From Epithemia pelagica (Eukaryota; Protista; Bacillariophyta), in contig OX337235.1 in the NCBI GenBank assembly GCA_946965045.2, positions 434,001-498,000 of the forward strand: a DNA stretch of 64,000 nucleotides, in the 5' to 3' direction. Below the pieces are notes generated by a model, which did no database searches, had not been told where the DNA came from, and saw nothing but the letters and a program-made list of their open reading frames with translations. Of the stretch, positions 56,260 to 64,000 are shown piece after piece (position 1 is the first letter of the stretch; each line of letters begins with the position of its first letter). Made by a program: the position numbers and the translations under genes.

Positions 56260-57807
56260 TTTCTTGATAGGTAGTATCTTCCTGCCATTCGGACCATTTA
56301 CTGGTTACCACTCAAAGTGAAATCCCCCCATTATGACAATGTAGCGAATTTGAACTACATGAGCGCAACATCCATGTCGGCCTGCAAGTAATTTACAAAT
56401 CAATATATTCCAGTGGCTCTTCTTCGAGCTGTTTTTTTGTTGTTGTAGAAAAATGAAGCAGATCTTTCACGTTCCTTCGTTCCACACAATCCAAACTTGA
56501 AGAAGCACCATTGTATCCTCCCATATCGTAGCTGCCTTCATTGCACACCGCCGCGGCATGTCCCTCATGCCTCTTGTTCATGGGTGGTCCTTCTTGCCAT
56601 TTCTTGTGTAGTTCGGCCAAATTCAGCTATTGGTGGCACAGAGACCTTTTCGGTTTCCTCCCAATGCGACAGCGGTTTGTCCCCTCTTGTCATCATTGTT
56701 GCAAGGGTTCAGTGCGACCAGCGCAGTCTTACGCAAACGCCATCCAAACCCTCAAGTCCATTTTGGTTTTTTGTCCAAGATGAAAAGCCCCGAATATCGT
56801 GCTTGTTCGTGCAGTGGCATCATTCTTTGCATGGTTCCAAACGTTAAATTTAATACAAGGATATTTAGACGGGGGATCAATGGAATGGATGCGAGCACGT
56901 CTGAGCCATTTTGTGACGATTCAATCGTGACGACGGCTCGCGTGAGCTCCCGTCGTGTACCTTGCCTGTTTCTCGTAGTAGTTTTAAGGACGGGGTGGAA
57001 CCATAGAAACTCCAAATTTTCTCCTCCCCCAGAACAGCTATTTTACAATAGCGAAAACAGACCCCCCGGGAAATTCTGGCAGAGGCAAGAACGCTTGCCA
57101 CATTGCTGGCGTAACGGGAAAGAAGAGTTTGGAATAGAAATTTGCAGACTCGGGTGATCGTGAGAAAAAGGGATACCGGTCAATTAACGTAGAAGGAAAA
57201 AATAACAAGGGAGGGGTGAAAAAATCGGCTAGTATCGATGTCACTGACTGTTTTGGGGGTATGCTGTAGGACTACCGTAATTTTCGGTTTCCTGTACCCC
57301 CGGAATGTGCATGGATCAGTGAGGGGGGTACAGGACCAAGAGAATTTTTGGGTGCGATTGGGGGGTACCTTTGTTCGTCCGTCATCCGAAAGGAAAAAAT
57401 TGTCTCGATACGATCCAATCCTGACGCCGGCTCGCGTGAGCTCCCGCCGTGTAGCTTTTGCCTTTGCTTCTGCACGACCAAACCATCGCCCGGCCCACCC
57501 AAACGGTTTTGGGTTTTGGCCCTTCCAAAATATGACCCGAAAGCAAAAACCGTGACATCGACCATGGTCTTTTTGTTTTCTTCCTTCTCCCGGTGTGGAC
57601 GACTTGTGTCGTGGATGCTTGGTCTGTGGATTTTGGCGTATGCGTATCAGAATCATGTTGCTGAGGCATTTTGCCTTCCTGGATCCAATCTACAATCCTT
57701 TGTGGAAGGCCAAAAGTAAGTATTAGTTGGTTGTACCAAAGATTTGGTGTCGTCGTTTTGTTGAGTGGTGACAAGTGGTTTGTCCCTCTTGTATCCTTTT
57801 CCACCAT
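56260..57807 (-). pseudogene. Decayed kelch gene K (Y copy), interrupted by a ~450-bp alien insert at 56969-57420
   Basis: Same kelch motif as the X and Z copies; insert flanked by a ~45-bp imperfect duplication. Confidence 0.7.
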
Positions 57808-57981
57808 GTTTCTTCCTTGGACTAATGTTTCTGTGGCTTGGCATGGATTCTTGTTCTGGCATGACTAATTACCAACTTTACACTATACTATCACTCGGAA
57901 TGATTCGACAATTCTCGATCGTCTACTGCACTGTATCAACGAATCCAACTCTGCTACAACAAACTTATTTGTCGCTATATT

Positions 57982-60297
57982 GTGTCTACAACTCAACGCA
58001 ACAACAACAACAATAGAACTCTTGTCGCGATACGGAGTAATCGAGGCTCTACCAACAACGAGGGGGGAGAGGTTGGAGGGGGCAATGACGGAACCGGCCC
58101 ATCTAAAAAGAACCGAAAAGTGACCATAAGGAAGACACGCCAAATCTTGAAAGCTAGCTCTTCGAATCCACCAGAGGACAGCAAAACACTTGGTAACTAC
58201 TTGGAAGACACTTGGTTCAAGACAAATATGTCACAAGAATTAAAAGACTTTATTCGAAGTCAATCGATCAAAATGTTGAAAGAAAATCCTAAACTCTCTG
58301 CATTTTCTCAAGACTATTTGAAGATTGACTTGGCACATTTTTTGACAACAAGAAAAGTAGCTCGTATGGATCTTTCCCCCAATGAATCCCAGAGAGTGGC
58401 CTTGATCGACTTTGACATCAAAAACAACGCTATGTTTTACAAACGAGACTTAAATGCATTCAATGCTCGAGTGGAAGAACTTTTCAAATGGAAAGACTCC
58501 GCAAGAGACGAGTACATGGCTCCGTATTTTCCGCTCATCCAATCGAGTGGAACTGGCAAGACCAAATTGCTACACGAATGCAAGAAGATGTTTAACAGTG
58601 ACAATCAAAGCGACGTTCACTGCGAACTTATTCTGTGCCATTATGGTGAAGTCACGCACTTAGCATGGGGCAGTGACATATTCTCCGACACTCTGGACGT
58701 TAAAACAATTGGAACCACCAGTGATGGCCGAGAAACGCTGTGGAAGAAGTTGGATGCTTCTGTAGAGAAGGCAAGAACGAAAAAGGTCGTGCTGCTATTT
58801 GACGAGTCCCAACACCTCATCAACAATGGTGACGGGTTTTATTTTCGAAGCATACGATGGTGGCTTCGAAAAGAACGAAATGAACATAACATTGTTGGCG
58901 TGTTTGCAGGAACAAGCATGAGTTTGGCAAACTACTTTCCGGAACCACCGCAGAATTCATACTACTCAAGAAATGTAAGACCAACATACAACTCAGGCAA
59001 AAGATTGTATGCTCCATTTTTCGAAATCACAACGAATGGACTTGTTTTAATAACCAATGGTTCCGAATTCGATAAAAAATCTTCTACAGAGTTTGATGTT
59101 GCAGTCCAATATGGGCGCCCGTTGTTCGCTCGGATGCATCTAAAGGGTGATTTGAAAGATGCGTTGGACTCAATTTTGCTTCGGATGAAAGGTGGGACCT
59201 ACAAGATTGAATTGGAGAACGTGAGTTCATGTTTTTCAATTTTGGCAGCTCGTCTGCCATTGGGCCATGTTTCATTTGATCTTGCGTCAAAACAAGTGGC
59301 TTCGGGGTATGCCCATCTCACTCATTTTGACCCGGAACAACCATCTGTCGCAGATATTGCGTACCTTCCGGATCCGGTATGCGCATGGCTTGCCATGTCC
59401 CAAATGATCGAGAAGTGCAAGCGTTTTGGCGACTTTTCTCATCCTCCTTCTTTCTGGTCCGAATTTGCCATCAAGATGTACACGTCTGCATTGTGTCGTC
59501 CTGAAAAGGGAGATGTTGGTGAAGTCGCTGCTGCCTTTTACATGCTGGCTTGTGGAGACGAGTTGCGCTGGGAAAAATCACAAAATCTCTTGCATCTCTC
59601 TGTTCCACTTGAGAAATTTATCAAAAGACTACAAGGCAACGATGATGATTCATATAGCGTTGATAGCACTGGAGAAGCAAGCGTCAATTTTATCCAAGTG
59701 TGTCGCAATTACTTGCGTTACAGCCTGAAAGAACTGCAGGAGAGTGGCCTATTGGAGCACTGGTATCGAGGTGCAAGGGCATCCTATGCGTATGCCTCTT
59801 GCCCGGCTTACGACCTGGTGATACCTGTGCGATATCAACACAATACTGATGATTGCTACTGTCCCATGCTAGTGAGTGTAAAGAATCGACTGTCGTACAC
59901 TCCCGAGCAACGCCAGAGTGCAGTCAACGCCATGGAAAAGGTGTTTAAGGGCGCTGGCATCAAAACTGGGTTGTGTATTCTCTTACTGATTGGCCTTGAG
60001 GATCCATTGCAAAACACCTTACCTGATATGAATTTTTCGCACAATGCAATTTCGACATTGATAATCGAAGTGCCAGCCGATGACCGTTTTGGAGCGACCA
60101 AGCTTGCTGTATGTTCCACTTGTGGAGGAGGGGAAAAGTCGGAGGTAATGGCATCTCATTCAGAGGTTGCATTGGGAAGTGGGAACAGGTTCGGACGGTT
60201 GCTACGAAGCAAGACAACGAAAAAGATGCCATCGTCAAAGTTCTTGCAAGAGATAGCGAAGGGCTTCGAGGACGCCTTGCGAGAAAGTGATATCTAA
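57982..60297 (+). CDS. P-loop NTPase plus PD-(D/E)xK-like nuclease, 771 aa (Y copy)
   Basis: Walker A/B as in 39549-41864; C-terminal KGDVGEVAA..YDLVIPV..LVSVKN. Confidence 0.8.
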   Translation: MSTTQRNNNNNRTLVAIRSNRGSTNNEGGEVGGGNDGTGPSKKNRKVTIRKTRQILKASSSNPPEDSKTLGNYLEDTWFKTNMSQELKDFIRSQSIKMLKENPKLSAFSQDYLKIDLAHFLTTRKVARMDLSPNESQRVALIDFDIKNNAMFYKRDLNAFNARVEELFKWKDSARDEYMAPYFPLIQSSGTGKTKLLHECKKMFNSDNQSDVHCELILCHYGEVTHLAWGSDIFSDTLDVKTIGTTSDGRETLWKKLDASVEKARTKKVVLLFDESQHLINNGDGFYFRSIRWWLRKERNEHNIVGVFAGTSMSLANYFPEPPQNSYYSRNVRPTYNSGKRLYAPFFEITTNGLVLITNGSEFDKKSSTEFDVAVQYGRPLFARMHLKGDLKDALDSILLRMKGGTYKIELENVSSCFSILAARLPLGHVSFDLASKQVASGYAHLTHFDPEQPSVADIAYLPDPVCAWLAMSQMIEKCKRFGDFSHPPSFWSEFAIKMYTSALCRPEKGDVGEVAAAFYMLACGDELRWEKSQNLLHLSVPLEKFIKRLQGNDDDSYSVDSTGEASVNFIQVCRNYLRYSLKELQESGLLEHWYRGARASYAYASCPAYDLVIPVRYQHNTDDCYCPMLVSVKNRLSYTPEQRQSAVNAMEKVFKGAGIKTGLCILLLIGLEDPLQNTLPDMNFSHNAISTLIIEVPADDRFGATKLAVCSTCGGGEKSEVMASHSEVALGSGNRFGRLLRSKTTKKMPSSKFLQEIAKGFEDALRESDI

Positions 60298-60399
60298 ATA
60301 CTCTCCTATTGTAGTATATGAGAAGAAGAACAGAGCATATCACCTCGCCATTTCTACTATTTGCATAAACCGTTGGTCGTTAGCCAATTTGAAACTTTT

Positions 60400-61637
60400 C
60401 TTGCCGGCGCCCCCTACGGCACCTCTCGGTATTGGGATTCTCCTATCGATCCAAGTTGCAGCAACCAGATCAAGTTGGACCGCAAGAATGGGTCGATGCG
60501 TCAGGAATATCAGTACAAGACGCTTTCCGTATCCACCTCGTTGCTCGTAGCGTCGCAGCATCAGCAGCATTTGTCCTCTGTTTCGGCAGTCTATTACGAT
60601 CCAAACAAGAATCACGACCATAACCAGCCAGTATCCACCACCTTGGATTCGTCGCATGCTCATCGACCGGTGCATTCTACAACCTTGGCGGAAACCATGG
60701 GATTGACCGAGAATGATGATGATGACAATGATGATGAGTATAATACGGAGGACGACAATGACACCAAAGATTTTGCCCAGAAAAAGAAGGCTCCCATTGT
60801 CATTTTGGGTTGTGGGATTTCCTGATTGGGTACGGAATCGGCCGCGCACGAACCCCCTCTTGGATAAGGACGACAACGACGAACGGTGATTCAAGTCGAT
60901 TGCAGTCCGCACATTGTGCAACTGTGGATTATTTCGCAAGACAATTCCATTCACGCTGTACTCGACAAGGGATTGATGGATCCCTTGTCTCGTACCTATG
61001 CCCATCACACGATGGACGATCGAAACAGGTCCAAGATATTTTTCGAGCCGTCCATTGCGTCTAGAAACCCAATGGGTATTATTGTGTCTGGTCCCTGCCG
61101 CAACCCGAATTCTTGTTACCCTTGTTGGAACAAGAAAACCTCATTCAACCCACTTCCGACCATGAGGATGATACCGACAATGACTGGAACGCAACGGGGG
61201 AGTTGTCCCAGGAGGAGGATCCTCGTCGTTCCATGTTTTCTCCACAATATCTGGATCGTCCATCCATGCCCTCGCCACCACCCTTGTCCATACAACAACA
61301 ACAACAACAACAAGAACGACTCCAAAACACGTATCGCAATTATCAACCCTTGGCATCCCTGTCATTATCCTCGTCATCCACCCATTCTACCACGATTCCG
61401 ACGCGCACGCCTCGCAATCCCATGATAGGCAAACCCTACTTGTGGCAACGCTTGGACATTCGCCATGATATTACCAATCAATTCCTCTTGTATCGGTTTC
61501 AAAAGGCGGCTGCCAGTGATCCCTTTTCGACGACGACACGTCGCGGAGGTGGTGGTGGTGCACAACCACCCTCCTCCCGCTTGCCACGCCATTCGGCTCA
61601 CAACAAGAACAACCAACGACAACGACGACGAGCTTGA
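60400..61637 (+). pseudogene. Methyltransferase M' (multiple frameshifts and stops)
   Basis: PYGTSRYWD, IVILGCGIS*, AVLDKGLMD, YLWQRLDIRHD occur in different frames. Confidence 0.82.
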
Positions 61638-61922
61638 GAAAAAACACCAACAACAACACTGTCAATCCAAGATGGTGAACAGGACTCTTGGGTGCGTGCG
61701 TGTGGTGCTCAAGCTGGAAGAGTTTGGAACCAGTGTTTCTCGCGAAACACAGAGCTTGCGCGCGCGCAATCAAAAAGGCCGCTATGGATGCTTTTCCCCC
61801 TTCTATTATTATATTTATTTGCTGAACTCTCCATTCTATTTTCAGGATGGTGTATCGGAAACCGGAGACAAATTCAACGTGTCTCCACTCGACAAAACAT
61901 GCATATACTGCAATACCCAAAC

Positions 61923-62954
61923 TTAATTGGCCTTGGTCAAGGCCTTGCCAACGGGGTTGTACACAAAGTTGAAGGTACAATCGTGGACATGTTCAAAGGT
62001 GGCACTGCCACTTTGACGAAGTTCAAAGCAAACAAAGTCTTCAAAGTCACCGTGCGAAATCTTGGCATGACGGTAACTAACTTGTTCAATGGGACCAGCC
62101 GCAGCAGCAACACGGGCAACGACAATGGTAGCCTCATCGGCCTTGGCATTGCAGCAGCATCGTGGATCATCGTCATCGTAGGGGCAGCACAATCCGCACG
62201 AACGGTCCAACCATCCTTGGTGACCACCAACGGCAATGTCAGCCACTGTTTGGAACAACCCCAGAGACAAGGCGGAGTTGCTAAAGGCTTGATTGTGGGC
62301 CTTGAGAACCACTTTATTGAGAATTTGATTGTCACGGTCCGACAATTCGTGGGGCAAACCAATCAAGGTGAGCTGGGCTTCGGTGATTTCGCCATGTCCA
62401 TAGGCCGTTTCGACGGGTCCAATGGTGTTCAAGCCAGTGTGTTCCAAGAAGGAAAAGGTACAGTCCTTGGCATGAACTAAATTGACATATGAGGACTTTT
62501 GAAGACGGTCGCACAAGTCATATTGGAACTGTTCGTGAAGAAGACCAAGATCGGCCGTGGCACCCAACACACTGTCCTTGTAATAAAATACATCGACTTG
62601 AGCATTGATAAAGGCAGCTTCTTCTTGGCTGTTCTTGACAAGAGAAGTACTGCTGGGTGTCCACCAAAAGGAGTCGGAAGGAATGGTGGAAAAGCCTTGA
62701 GTCTTGATATCGCCCAACTTTTGGCCCGCCTTGTCGAAACCAAAGGCCTGGTTGTACGCGGCCTGAGCTTGCTTGGTAATGTAGTTGGCTTCCTCGTCCG
62801 AGACCATGTCCGAAAGACCACCCACAACAATGCGGGCATTGTACGATTCCGTCGAGGCACTGGCCACCATTTCTTGAAAGGCAGCACGCAAACTAAAGTC
62901 GGCGGCAGCAGACGAAGTGAAGAGCATGGTGAGAAAGGCAAGAGAAAGCTTCAT
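61923..62954 (-). CDS. Secreted two-repeat protein S (343 aa, Y copy)
   Basis: MKLSLAFLTMLFTSSAAADF; a few substitutions relative to the X and Z copies. Confidence 0.9.
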   Translation of the reverse strand: MKLSLAFLTMLFTSSAAADFSLRAAFQEMVASASTESYNARIVVGGLSDMVSDEEANYITKQAQAAYNQAFGFDKAGQKLGDIKTQGFSTIPSDSFWWTPSSTSLVKNSQEEAAFINAQVDVFYYKDSVLGATADLGLLHEQFQYDLCDRLQKSSYVNLVHAKDCTFSFLEHTGLNTIGPVETAYGHGEITEAQLTLIGLPHELSDRDNQILNKVVLKAHNQAFSNSALSLGLFQTVADIAVGGHQGWLDRSCGLCCPYDDDDPRCCCNAKADEATIVVARVAAAAGPIEQVSYRHAKISHGDFEDFVCFELRQSGSATFEHVHDCTFNFVYNPVGKALTKAN

Positions 62955-64000
62955 GGTGAATGTAGTTGTTCTTGAAAATCGGTGCAAAGACTTGAGGCTT
63001 TTTGCTTTTGCCGTTTGGAAAATTGTGAGCAAAGTGAGGGATCTAGAATTTGGAGGTGGAAGAGCAAAAGTCGAGTGGATCCATAAGACCACGTGTGGCG
63101 TCCGTGGGATCAGAAACGAAAACACATTGGGACAAGGAACCCAATACTCACATTTCACATTGTTTTTGACGTTTTGGCCACACGGGGTTAGACCCACGGA
63201 TGCATCGAGATTTGATTGTCATATTGAGAACTGATTGGCTGTTTCCGTTGTCAATAGGAAAGGGACTTGAAACCCAAAGCGCCCTTGTGCTGTCATTTTC
63301 TCTCGCTGGTTTCGATTGGTTGTTTAGATGCAGCGTCAACCGTTTTCCCCATCGGAGATTTCTGGTTCTTCGATACCATTGGTGGAATAGAACAAAAGTC
63401 TATGATTGGCTAAAATGGCCCTAGAGTTGTATTTCCGAAATCATTGCCACTGATTTCCCCCCCCCCCCCCCGCATTGAACTCAGAATCCCCGGTTCCCGT
63501 AAAGAATAAAAGGGGCAGGAATGATGCATAAGGGTAGCTAGGATAGCAGTATGATAATGTCCGTGGAGTATGTACGCAAAGGCACCCCTACGTAGAGAGT
63601 TTGCCATCATGATCAAGACGCATGAATGAAAATCGTCATATCTATTGGTAATATTTCAATAAGTCCTCCCGTTATTTGGAAGAGGCAAGGAGGCAAGGTA
63701 TAGCCATGCTACTAAACGGAGCCGTTGCGAAATGAGGGCATTATCATCGTTCCAAGAATAGTAAGGTCGTTGGAAGGAATCTGCGAAAACACAGATGAGA
63801 AGCTCAGACTACTTCTCACCAAAATCATGTCGGTTTGAGACGGAGAAAAGGCTGTGAGGTACTGTTCTTTTCGTGTCTCGTGTTTTTTGTATCACCCTGC
63901 CCTGTTCAGTCCTCTACAGCACGGACTGTACCAACCTCAAAAGGAATACAAAGCTGGCTATTCTTCGTTTGGCTCCATGTTCGTTTCGTCTCTGGTTCTC

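Noticed and set aside
57291-57334. Helitron 3' terminus
   Set aside because: No CTRR follows the hairpin on either strand.

Overview
Eukaryotic, repeat-dense window, most likely from a diatom (inferred from CoDi-type Ty1/copia proteins, short GT-AG introns and gene content). No rRNA, tRNA or CRISPR features. The backbone is a hierarchically amplified four-gene module: a 7-beta-strand SAM methyltransferase (M), a secreted two-repeat Cys-motif protein (S), a decayed kelch gene (K) and a P-loop NTPase fused to a PD-(D/E)xK-like nuclease (N). The module is tandemly duplicated (M-S-K-N-M'-S), arranged in head-to-head palindromic pairs, and the pair is repeated: [<-Z' 1-6463][X-> 27406-34560] spacer [<-Z 37300-50177][Y-> 53565-63760]. 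Inserted into it are: (i) a three-deep nest of young copia LTR retrotransposons (A 6464-27405 contains B 13062-27360, which contains C 19453-27174), all with PBSs matching tRNA anticodon arms and with Tudor/chromo-like integrase tails; (ii) two copies of a ~4 kb intron-containing Crypton-like tyrosine-recombinase element whose ends rejoin into a 10-6-10 recombination site; (iii) a PIF/Harbinger-like two-gene DNA transposon with 27-bp TIRs and an internal 18/19-bp repeat array; (iv) a Mutator-like MITE with a 10-bp TSD. Top candidates for novelty are the YR element with att-like ends, the amplified MTase/secreted/kelch/NTPase-nuclease cassette, and the unusual copia end, primer and TSD features. 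All comparisons were done by eye.
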